A stretch of 64,000 nucleotides of DNA. Origin: Synergistales bacterium (GTDB lineage: Bacteria > Synergistota > Synergistia > Synergistales > JAFGMB01). The notes beneath the pieces were generated by a model that did no database searches, was not told where the DNA came from, and saw only the letters and a program-made list of their open reading frames with translations. A program made the position numbers and the translations under genes. Position 1 is the stretch's first letter. Each line of letters starts with the position of its first letter. Below are positions 28,098 through 40,966 of this stretch, one piece after another. The stretch is taken from assembly GCA_963666205.1 (NCBI GenBank), contig OY762654.1, positions 646,611 to 710,610 of the forward strand, in the 5' to 3' direction.

Positions 28098-29436
28098 CTC
28101 GCACCACCAAAGTACATCCCCCGATATTTCCAAAGAACCGGAGGTCATTACCGATAATATCTATTTTATCAAGAAGCTCCAGGATGTTTCCCGCGATTGT
28201 CATACCTGATACAGGAGACCTGAATTTGCCATCCTCAATGAAGGTTCCCTTGATCCCGAGAGAAAAATCTCCGCTTACCGGGTCTATTGTATGGAGACCA
28301 AGGAGTTCAAGTACGTAGATAGCCTTTCCGGCTGATGAAACAATATTGTCATGGCTTGCAGTTCCTGGCACGATATACAGGTTGCTGATATCGACATCCG
28401 GAAGAGAAGAGATTCCCCTTGCGGCATTTCCTGTCGATACTACTCCATCTATTTTCGCGTATTTCAGATTGTATAGATATGATTGAACAACCCCGTCTTC
28501 AAGTATGACAGTGCGAGTGGTGGGACATCCCTCTCCATCAAAGGGGGATGAAGCCGCACCCCAGGGGATGGTACCGTCATCAATAAGGGTAACAGACCCT
28601 GCTGCGATCTTTTTGCCAAGACTTTCCTTAAGGAGGGATTTATTCTTGTGGATGTTAGGAGCAAGGAAGAGCTCTCCCAATACTTCTATGAATGAGGCGG
28701 TAGTTTCAGGATCAAGGAGTAGATCATACTTACCTGTAGGCAAAGGAGTACCGTCTAGAATAGCAAGGGTCCTTTGAACTGCCTGAGAAGAGATTTCACA
28801 GGGGTTAAGAGATGCCAGTAACCGTGATTCATCACCATAGCCTCCCATCTCCATGCCATTTTCGCCTTTGAGGACTACCGCTACTCCACAACTTGCTGAA
28901 CTGCCTCTGTACCAGCCAGAGAAACCGGAACTTGATAAATAAAGTATCTCACCCTGCCCATCCGCCCAGGATGCGCTTCTGACAGATTCCACTCGAGGAT
29001 CTGCCGAACGGGCTATTTCTGTCATTTGAGAACAGACTTCCATACGATACTCAGGATCGATCTTTTCTATCTCCGGATCTTCCATTTCCAGATCATAAGA
29101 TGGAGATGGACCATCATAAAGGCATATATCAGGGTCCGGCTCAGACACCCTGCAGTTGTTCCAGCTCCAATTGAGGAGGGAATCAAGATCATCCTTTTCC
29201 ATACTGCTCACATAGGCTATTCCCTGTCTTCCCTGTGAGTCTATTGTCCTCAGTCCAATACCAATACTATAGCCAGTTGTATTCTCTTCGGGTTGACCTT
29301 CCCTGAGGCTTAACAGATGCCCCCTCCTTGCACTGAAGAGGACATCTGAACCTATGGCACCCAGAACCCTGGACCTGTCAATAAGATAATGAGCCCTGTC
29401 TTCTACCTTATCTCGGGAAAAGAACTTCAAGACCAA
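28075..29436 (-). CDS. TldD/PmbA-family metalloprotease
   Basis: 453 aa, TTG start. C-terminal PmbA_TldD pattern (GFSGWYRGSSAS..., GDFSLGIKGTFIEDGKFRSPVSGMTIAGNILELL). Confidence 0.8.
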   Translation of the reverse strand: MVLKFFSRDKVEDRAHYLIDRSRVLGAIGSDVLFSARRGHLLSLREGQPEENTTGYSIGIGLRTIDSQGRQGIAYVSSMEKDDLDSLLNWSWNNCRVSEPDPDICLYDGPSPSYDLEMEDPEIEKIDPEYRMEVCSQMTEIARSADPRVESVRSASWADGQGEILYLSSSGFSGWYRGSSASCGVAVVLKGENGMEMGGYGDESRLLASLNPCEISSQAVQRTLAILDGTPLPTGKYDLLLDPETTASFIEVLGELFLAPNIHKNKSLLKESLGKKIAAGSVTLIDDGTIPWGAASSPFDGEGCPTTRTVILEDGVVQSYLYNLKYAKIDGVVSTGNAARGISSLPDVDISNLYIVPGTASHDNIVSSAGKAIYVLELLGLHTIDPVSGDFSLGIKGTFIEDGKFRSPVSGMTIAGNILELLDKIDIIGNDLRFFGNIGGCTLVVRDVAAAGI

Positions 29437-30460
29437 TATTGCACCTCTTTGGCTATGATATTGGCTGCCTGGATAACCTGTTCCCTGGATACATCAATAT
29501 GAGTTACAAGCCGGAAACGGCCAGGTTCTACACTGTTGAACTGTACTCCCTTGAGAAACAGGAACTCAGGAACTTGTCTTCATCAAGGGAAGAAGGGGTC
29601 TTGAAGAAGACCATGTTCGTGCTTTGGGGACTTTCTTCGACTTCTATCCCTGTATCGGCAAGGATACCAGCCATCATAGCGGCGTTACAATGATCTTCTG
29701 CGAGCCTTTCAATATTGTTTTCAAGAGCATAAAGGCCCCCTGCTGCAATAATACCAGCCTGACGCATTCCCCCACCTACTTTTTTACGCCAGTAACGTGC
29801 CTCATCAATGAAAGTCGAAGATGCACATATCAGTGAACCGACAGGTGCTCCCAGTCCTTTGGAAAGACATATCTGAACGGAGTCGACATGGGTGGTATAC
29901 TCATCAGCACCAACATTCCATGCGGCCGCTGCATTGAAGATCCTGGCACCGTCAAGGTGAATTGCAAGACCCATTTCCCTTGCCCCATCCGCAACTTCCT
30001 GAAAAGTTGAAGGAGAAACAGCTATGCCTCCTCCTTTATTATGGGTGTTCTCCAGGCATAGAAGTCTTGCGGGAGCGAAGTGGACATTGGCGGGTCTGCA
30101 CCAGTGAGAGATATCTTCGAGTGAAGGAATCCCCTGGCTGTCATTTACTGTGAGGGGAAGGATACCTCCAAGGGCGGACATCCCACCTGCTTCATAGTAA
30201 TAGATGTGGCTCTTCTGCCCCAGAATAGCTCCATCTCCAGGAGAGCAATGGGTCAGGAGGGAAACCAGGTTGCCCATGGTACCCGAAACGACAAAAAGGG
30301 CGGCCTCTTTACCGGTCAGAGCTGCTGCTTTTTCTTCAAGAGCAATGACGGTCGGATCCTCTCCATAAACGTCATCTCCAACTTCAGCCTCGTACATGGC
30401 TTTGCGCATTTCTTCACCAGGTTTTGTGACTGTATCACTTTTCAGGTCTATAACTGCCAT
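29427..30460 (-). pseudogene. ltaE: Low-specificity L-threonine aldolase, frameshifted by an 8-bp tandem duplication
   Basis: The N-terminal 310 aa (IDLKSDTVTKPGEEMRKAM..., SGTMGNL, CLSKGLGAPVGS with the PLP lysine) end prematurely at 29528. The conserved C-terminus GVQFNSVEPGRFRLVTHIDVSREQVIQAANIIAKEV continues in another frame to the stop at 29427. CAGGAACT is present twice in tandem (29559-29566 and 29567-29574). Deleting one copy restores a 341-aa ORF. Confidence 0.75.
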
Positions 30461-30683
30461 GTCAATCTCCCCCTGTTCAGAAATTTAAAGGTTTAACTGC
30501 ATAAGGAATTCCGAATGATTTTAACACAAGGATCAAGAAAGTAACTCCGCAGATATTGTATGACAGGCAAAAAGAGATAACAACTGCCTTCTTTCAGGTT
30601 CCCAATTTATATATCCCCAACACATTTACTTATAGAAAAGTAGCTCTCATTCTATTTCGGGGCTGTAATACTGCTCCCCTGAT

Positions 30684-31511
30684 CTAAAGAGTGACATTCA
30701 ATCGGGCCCATGGAAGAAAATCGTCCCTCACCAGCATCCCAAGATCGGTTCCCTGCCTGTTGTTGCCATGGAAATCAGTTCCGGCTGTAGGAAAAAGATC
30801 CATTCGAGATGCCACCTGGAGATACCGGAGGATGGCCTGAGAACTATAACCAGGATATACACACTCCATTCCCCATAAACCCATCTCCTTCAATTCTGCA
30901 AGAATAGAGAGGAGGCTTTCCTCATCCAGGGTAGTCTGTGAAGGATGAGCAAGGACAGGAAGTCCTCCTGATTGAGTAATAGCGTCTATGCATTCCCGGG
31001 GAGAAAGTTTTACTCTGTCAACATAAGCAGAAGCCCCTCTTGCCAGATATTCCATGAAAGCTGCATGCATATTTCGGGAATATCCTTTTCTGACAAGGAT
31101 CCTGGCAAAATGGGGTCTGGCTATAACATCCCCCCCAGCTTCTCTTAGGAGTTCCTCATAGCTGATCTTTATACCCTTCTGAAGGAGTTTTTCCAGTATG
31201 ATCCGGTTTCTTTCATTCCTGTGACATCTGAGTGCTGCAAGTTTTTCTTCCAGCGCTGAAGTATCTTTCCCGATCCGATACCCCAGGATGTGTAATGTAG
31301 AGGGGTATCGGGCAGAAAGCTCCACGCCCCTTATCCCTTTTATGCCATGTTTAATGCAGGCCCTGCTAAAATCATTTAAACCATCGAGAGTATCATGATC
31401 GGTAAGGCTAAGGACACTTATCTTCTTTTTTTTTGCCCGGATAACAAGCTGTAATGGGGAAAGGGTACCATCTGAATAAGTGCTGTGGGTATGAAGATCT
31501 ATTACCATCAT
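30684..31511 (-). CDS. PHP-domain phosphoesterase (TrpH/YciV-like)
   Basis: 275 aa. MMVIDLHTHSTYSDGTLSP..., LSLTDHDT..., HPS..., GTDFHG. Confidence 0.75.
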   Translation of the reverse strand: MMVIDLHTHSTYSDGTLSPLQLVIRAKKKKISVLSLTDHDTLDGLNDFSRACIKHGIKGIRGVELSARYPSTLHILGYRIGKDTSALEEKLAALRCHRNERNRIILEKLLQKGIKISYEELLREAGGDVIARPHFARILVRKGYSRNMHAAFMEYLARGASAYVDRVKLSPRECIDAITQSGGLPVLAHPSQTTLDEESLLSILAELKEMGLWGMECVYPGYSSQAILRYLQVASRMDLFPTAGTDFHGNNRQGTDLGMLVRDDFLPWARLNVTL

Positions 31512-31547
31512 CTTGCCAGGACTCCTTATCGAGAAATATGAATCACA

Positions 31548-32090
31548 TTACCATTCCTGTCTATGAAGGACATCTCCCTGAAGGGTTATTATCCTGATTT
31601 CCCTGTCCGTTAATGTGGCAACGCTCTCAGGATCACGTCCTTTGGGGAGGCTTGCCGAACCGGGATTCAGGTATGTGATCTCATTTTCCACAATTAGAGA
31701 AGCAACATGGGTATGTCCGGTAATAACAAGGTGAGGTTTAAATTCCATGGCAAGACTCCTGATTTTTGAAAAATCAGTACCATGGGATACCAGGATAAAT
31801 CGACCTTGCCACCAGATAGTGACAAAAGGAGACAGGAGAGGCCACTTTATAAGGTCCTGGTCCACATCAGCATCACAATTTCCCCTGGCTATCAGAATTG
31901 GAACTTCAGATCTATTCATGGCTGCAGGTAAGGCAAGAGTGTCATACCCTTCCGTAATAACATTTTTCGGACCATGGTAAAGGATATCTCCACAATGTAT
32001 CACTGCCTCTACGTCAGTCCATATATTCCATGCTTTTTTCCAGGCGCTCAGACTTCCATGAGTATCAGAAATAACACCTATAGTATTCAC
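31548..32090 (-). CDS. YfcE/MJ0936-family metallophosphoesterase
   Basis: 180 aa. GVISDTHG, HCGD, GNCD, TGHTH motifs. Confidence 0.75.
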   Translation of the reverse strand: MNTIGVISDTHGSLSAWKKAWNIWTDVEAVIHCGDILYHGPKNVITEGYDTLALPAAMNRSEVPILIARGNCDADVDQDLIKWPLLSPFVTIWWQGRFILVSHGTDFSKIRSLAMEFKPHLVITGHTHVASLIVENEITYLNPGSASLPKGRDPESVATLTDREIRIITLQGDVLHRQEW

Positions 32091-33136
32091 TTTTTCTTCT
32101 TTCCCCCTTTCCAGATAGAGATAATATCCCTTAAGACTGCATAAGCAGTTTCTCGAGAACCTGCTCCTGCTCCTTTAACACATACCTCTCCAAGGGTATC
32201 TGTAAGAAAAAGAGCTCCATTTGTTACACCCGAAACAGAATGGAGGGGATGGTTGGACGGCAGGACTGAAGGTCGAACCCTGATTCTCAAAGTTCCATTA
32301 TCCCTTTCAACACAAGCAACCAGTCGGACTGATCCACCAAATCTCTGGGCTTCTTCGAACATCCTGGGACTAACAGAACGAATCCCCTTTACCTCCATTT
32401 CTTCGAATGGAATGTAGGGAGCTCCCATAACAGCCTGGGCAACTATGGATGCCTTCACGGCCGAATCCCAGCCATCAACGTCCAGTACAGGATCCGGTTC
32501 GGCATATCCCCTCCTCCTTGCCTCAAGAAGGGCATCATCAAAACCGGACCCATTAGACATAAGGCCAAGAATGTAATTGGATGTACCGTTTACAACCCCT
32601 TCAAAACTCTGTATCTCACAACCACAGAGACATTCGCTGGCAAATGAAAAAAGAGGCGTTCCTGCCATTACAGTACCTTCGAAAAGGCACTTTACGCCCT
32701 TGGAAAAAGCCAGTTCACGGATTTCATGAAAATAGTGAAAGATGGGACCCTTGTTTGAAGTCACCACATGCTTTTCTCTTTTCAGTGCTTTCTCTAAGAA
32801 GGAAAAAGCTGGCTGACCGCTTTCGATCTGGAATGGAGTTGTCTCTACAAGAAGATCATATTCCCCATCCGAAAGGAGATCTTCTACAGTCAGGCCCACA
32901 GAGAAACCGGATTGAGATGAAGAGTCCACTCTTCCTGTAAAGTTCTCTGACCTGAGAAGGGACCCGAGTTCAAGCCCGGATTCTTTGTAGACAGTACCTT
33001 TTGATCTGGTCCCGACTCCAACAACAGACAATTCGAGGTCGAACTTTTTTTTCAGAAGGTCACGCTTGGAATCTATCAATGCAACAAGGTTGTGTCCCAC
33101 ATTTCCAAAACCCAGAAGCAATATTCTAAAGGACAT
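32087..33136 (-). CDS. hom: Homoserine dehydrogenase
   Basis: Start at MSFRILLLGFGNVGHN (Rossmann motif, GGGGGAG RBS upstream). Catalytic-domain motif GVVNGTSNYIL. Confidence 0.85.
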   Translation of the reverse strand: MSFRILLLGFGNVGHNLVALIDSKRDLLKKKFDLELSVVGVGTRSKGTVYKESGLELGSLLRSENFTGRVDSSSQSGFSVGLTVEDLLSDGEYDLLVETTPFQIESGQPAFSFLEKALKREKHVVTSNKGPIFHYFHEIRELAFSKGVKCLFEGTVMAGTPLFSFASECLCGCEIQSFEGVVNGTSNYILGLMSNGSGFDDALLEARRRGYAEPDPVLDVDGWDSAVKASIVAQAVMGAPYIPFEEMEVKGIRSVSPRMFEEAQRFGGSVRLVACVERDNGTLRIRVRPSVLPSNHPLHSVSGVTNGALFLTDTLGEVCVKGAGAGSRETAYAVLRDIISIWKGGKKKK

Positions 33137-33322
33137 TAAAAAGATCTCCCCCTTGTAATTCGGGTTGGGAAAAAACATTTTATGATTGATAATGGAAAAT
33201 ATGGTAATCTATGTATCTGCTTGATATGGGTTATATCCTATTATATAGACAATAGGATCACAATAAAGTTAATCTTTTAGCAAGCCCTTTTGTTTTCATA
33301 GTGGATAAAGGAGGAATTTACA

Positions 33323-33697
33323 TTGAAGGAATTAGACAAGGGCTCCGAAGAATTGTTTGAAGACTGTAAACGGATTATAGACTCTACAAGCCTCGTTACT
33401 GCCCGGATGATAGAGTCTATTGTGAGAAATTCCCAATTGGCAAGTTCCACTACACCAGAAATGCTGGAGATGTTCCAGAGTTGGCTGAAACTTGTTTCCG
33501 GCGAGGTTATCAGAAATATCGGAAATGATCCAAAAGATATCAATATAGAGGAAACCGCAGGCCGAATAGGTCTTACCTCGGCAACGCTCCTGTCTCTCCT
33601 GTTATATCTTCACCGGAATGGAAGTATAAAGATCTCCGGAATAACCATTGAAAGGGAGTCAGGAGACAATACGGAGATATGTCACGATCTGATATAG
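33323..33697 (+). CDS. Hypothetical protein, possible winged-helix DNA-binding C-terminus
   Basis: 124 aa. TTG start preceded by AAGGAGGA. ...IEETAGRIGLTSATLLSLLLYLHRNGSIKI resembles a wHTH recognition segment. I recognise no family. Confidence 0.4.
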   Translation: MKELDKGSEELFEDCKRIIDSTSLVTARMIESIVRNSQLASSTTPEMLEMFQSWLKLVSGEVIRNIGNDPKDINIEETAGRIGLTSATLLSLLLYLHRNGSIKISGITIERESGDNTEICHDLI

Positions 33698-33744
33698 AAT
33701 AACGAATGGGCCGATTACGATGATCGGCCCATTCGTTATTCTAT
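33694..33744. terminator. Perfect 22-bp hairpin between convergent genes (bidirectional terminator candidate)
   Basis: ATAGAATAACGAATGGGCCGAT (33694-33715), 7-nt loop, ATCGGCCCATTCGTTATTCTAT (33723-33744). It overlaps the stop codon of the plus-strand ORF. Confidence 0.7.
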
Positions 33745-33760
33745 ATTTTAAACAACCAGT

Positions 33761-35155
33761 TTATACAAATAGACTATTTACAGGACCAGCACCGCTGTAG
33801 AAATCAGCCATTTTGGAACGGATATCAGTGGGGGTAGTCACCATAAGCTCAATATTCAGGCCTGTAAAAGTACGAAGTTCATCAATAGCGAGAAGATTAA
33901 GTGGTTCAGCTATCGCTATCCTGAGAATGGAATTACCCTCTATTGAAAGGGGTATTACTTCCAGCCTTTGAGCAAGAATTTGCGGAACAAGGTTAAGGGC
34001 TTCAGGAGAAGGCCTGTAATGTCCCAGAGATATCATGGGTAGCCCAAGTTGGGCGCTTATTGCCCTTGCAAGCTGTTTTTCGGTTATTACGCCGTTTTTG
34101 ATAAAGATGTCACCAAGACGCATCCGGTTGACCCTTTGCTCTTCTAATCCATCATTAAGCTGACTACGGGTGAGAACACCATCATTCATAAGCAGATCTC
34201 CAAGAAGAGCCCCTTTCTGGGTTATTCTCTCGGAAATAAGCCCCTCCATTTCAATAACCCTGTAGAACCTGGGTAATTCCCTTCTCAAGGCTGAGGGGAG
34301 AGCCAATACATACTCAATATTGCATTGGGTGAGTGTTCTAAGCTCTTCTACTGCAGAAGCGCTTAAAAGATTGGAGACAGCAAGCTGTAATACATTACCC
34401 TGCAAAACAGAGAGAGGCAGGACTGCATATTTTTCAGCAAAGGAACGGGGAACTTTTTTTAATGCTGGTGGGGAAGGTTCATGGCTGGCAAGGAGAACCA
34501 TGGGAATGTGCAATTGTCTACTCATGGCATCCGTGAGTTGAAGTTCATTTATCCATTGATGCTCAACTATTATCTCACCCAGTTTTTTACCTGAGGTTTT
34601 CTGTTCTTCAAGGGCCATATTAAGCTGTTTTTCTGATATAAGGCCAGCAGTAAAAAGAACCTCGCCGAGACGAAAGCTTTTTTCAGATTCAAAACTGGCA
34701 TGAGCACAGTTCTTGAGCCTGTAAAACCTGTCTATAGCAGCTTTGATATCAGAACAGGTCGCTACAGCAAGTTCTACCTCAAGACCGGTTATAAGGTGGA
34801 TTTCATCAATCGCGAGCACATTAAGTGGTTCCGAGATGGCAATTCTGAGCTTGCTTTCATCTAATATCTCGATAGGAAAGATATCCAGTCTTTCTGCCAC
34901 ATTGCTGGGTATAAGTTCTATGGCGGCAGTTTCAGGTATTATTTCCGGAAGACTTATGAATGGAATAAAAAGCTGTTGGCTTATCCCTTTCATAAGGCCA
35001 ATTTCAGAAATCCATCCATTGGAAACAAGGATTTCCCCAAGGCGTTTTCGTGTTGTTTTCTGTTGGGTCAAAGCCGAGTCCAGCTGGGCTTCAGTTATCA
35101 GACCGTGAGCTACAAGGACACTCCCCAGAAGATTACTTTTACCATGATAATCCAT
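33761..35155 (-). CDS. Stand-alone protein made of three tandem T2SSE_N/MshEN domains (putative c-di-GMP receptor); no ATPase domain
   Basis: 464 aa = 3 x ~150 aa repeats. Each repeat has paired 24-residue motifs separated by 5 residues, e.g. LLGSVLVAHGLITEAQLDSALTQQ-KTTRK-RLGEILVSNGWISEIGLMKGISQQ. Each repeat ends ...IPL...L.IA..EPLN.LAIDE....TG...E......DI......FY. Confidence 0.75.
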   Translation of the reverse strand: MDYHGKSNLLGSVLVAHGLITEAQLDSALTQQKTTRKRLGEILVSNGWISEIGLMKGISQQLFIPFISLPEIIPETAAIELIPSNVAERLDIFPIEILDESKLRIAISEPLNVLAIDEIHLITGLEVELAVATCSDIKAAIDRFYRLKNCAHASFESEKSFRLGEVLFTAGLISEKQLNMALEEQKTSGKKLGEIIVEHQWINELQLTDAMSRQLHIPMVLLASHEPSPPALKKVPRSFAEKYAVLPLSVLQGNVLQLAVSNLLSASAVEELRTLTQCNIEYVLALPSALRRELPRFYRVIEMEGLISERITQKGALLGDLLMNDGVLTRSQLNDGLEEQRVNRMRLGDIFIKNGVITEKQLARAISAQLGLPMISLGHYRPSPEALNLVPQILAQRLEVIPLSIEGNSILRIAIAEPLNLLAIDELRTFTGLNIELMVTTPTDIRSKMADFYSGAGPVNSLFV

Positions 35156-35428
35156 TAGGTCAACCTCTCTCCTCTGTAATATACCGATACAGCCAGACAG
35201 TACATATTTTCTTTTTATCAGTTAATAAGTATATCACTTATTTCCGACACTCGTTAAATGATATTAATATGTGAATATTAAGCAATATATAATATATAAC
35301 TAGTTAGAAAACAAGGGGAGGAAAGAACAGAGACAAAGAAGACTTTTCAATTATTCCAGGGAAAGATCGGGAATAGGGAATCCTGAAAAGACTGGACCAG
35401 ATATCATGTTTACCATAAGAAAAAGACC

Positions 35429-35544
35429 TCTGGCAGCGACCTACTCTCCCACGGATACCCTCCGCAGTACCATCGGCGCTGGAGGGCTTAACTGCCGGGT
35501 TCGGCATGGAACCGGGTGTACCCCCTCCGCTATTACCACCAGAG
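35429..35544 (-). rRNA. rrf: 5S rRNA, distal copy (ends approximate)
   Basis: Reverse complement TCTGGTGGTAATAGCGGAGGGGGTACACCCGGTTCCATGCCGAACCCGGCAGTTAAGCCCTCCAGCGCCGATGGTACTGCGGAGGGTATCCGTGGGAGAGTAGGTCGCTGCCAGA. Helix I pairs. Confidence 0.9.
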
Positions 35545-35595
35545 ATCTTCTAAAAGAAATCAGCACTTAAAGTTGTGTAAAAAGCAAAAAAGGTT

Positions 35596-35710
35596 TCTGG
35601 CAGCGACCTACTCTCCCACGGATACCCTCCGCAGTACCATCGGCGCTGGAGGGCTTAACTGCCGGGTTCGGCATGGAACCGGGTGTACCCCCTCCGCTAT
35701 TACCACCAGA
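35596..35710 (-). rRNA. rrf: 5S rRNA, proximal copy (ends approximate)
   Basis: Same sequence as the distal copy, 167 bp upstream. It is flanked by an extended processing stem GGTTTCTGG/CCAGAAACC. Confidence 0.9.
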
Positions 35711-35780
35711 AACCTTATTTAAATCTATACCCGTACGGGTCAAGACAGAAGAACAAGGTGTTTTACTTAAATCAGTAGAA

Positions 35781-38776
<2,996 letters not shown>

Positions 38777-38903
38777 ACATTCTACTGATTTAAGTAACTT
38801 CACCTATTCTGCTGTCAAGGTCCTGTACGGGCAGTTCTTATAGACAGGTAAAAGAAAGAATAACTCACCATCATTTCGTGTTACATAAGCCCCTGAGGGC
38901 TCT

Positions 38904-40443
<1,540 letters not shown>

Positions 40444-40529
40444 TCCTGTCTGGCTCGCTCTTCTTTCTCTTCCTGCCTATAAAACTGTCAAGGTTCTTGA
40501 AACCGCGCTCAGTCGTGCAGCGCTCGGGT

Positions 40530-40557
40530 ATAATATCATTTTTAAAATAGAAGTCAA
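40530..40557 (-). promoter_or_regulatory. Candidate sigma70-type rRNA operon promoter
   Basis: Minus strand: TTGACT (40557-40552), 16-nt spacer, TATTAT (40535-40530) with TG at -15/-14, ~90 nt upstream of the 16S 5' end. Confidence 0.5.
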
Positions 40558-40966
40558 GACCTAAACTGTCTTTTTCTTTACATAGTTGTAATATTTTCAG
40601 CACCCTTTCAGGTCACTCATTGCTACTGGGTACTATATGTCCTTGTGAATACTGGTTTTTTACACATTATTACTACCCTTTCAAATTATACGACCTATCC
40701 GGTTTTCTTTATGAAAATCTCGTGCACGAATCCTTCTAGCACTAATTAACATGTTAACGATTGACATGTTTTCGATAGAATGCAATTATATGATTAGTTG
40801 TATATTTGTATAGTCAACTTTTCTTCATACCCATCCTTAATATGTAAACTTCTTTTCATTCTTTTCTAGCCACATCCTGAATTCCGGGAGGTGATAGAAC
40901 TTACCGTATTTCCAGGGGGAAGTATTTCGGGGTTGAAAACAAGTATTACTAGAAAGGAAGGGGAAA

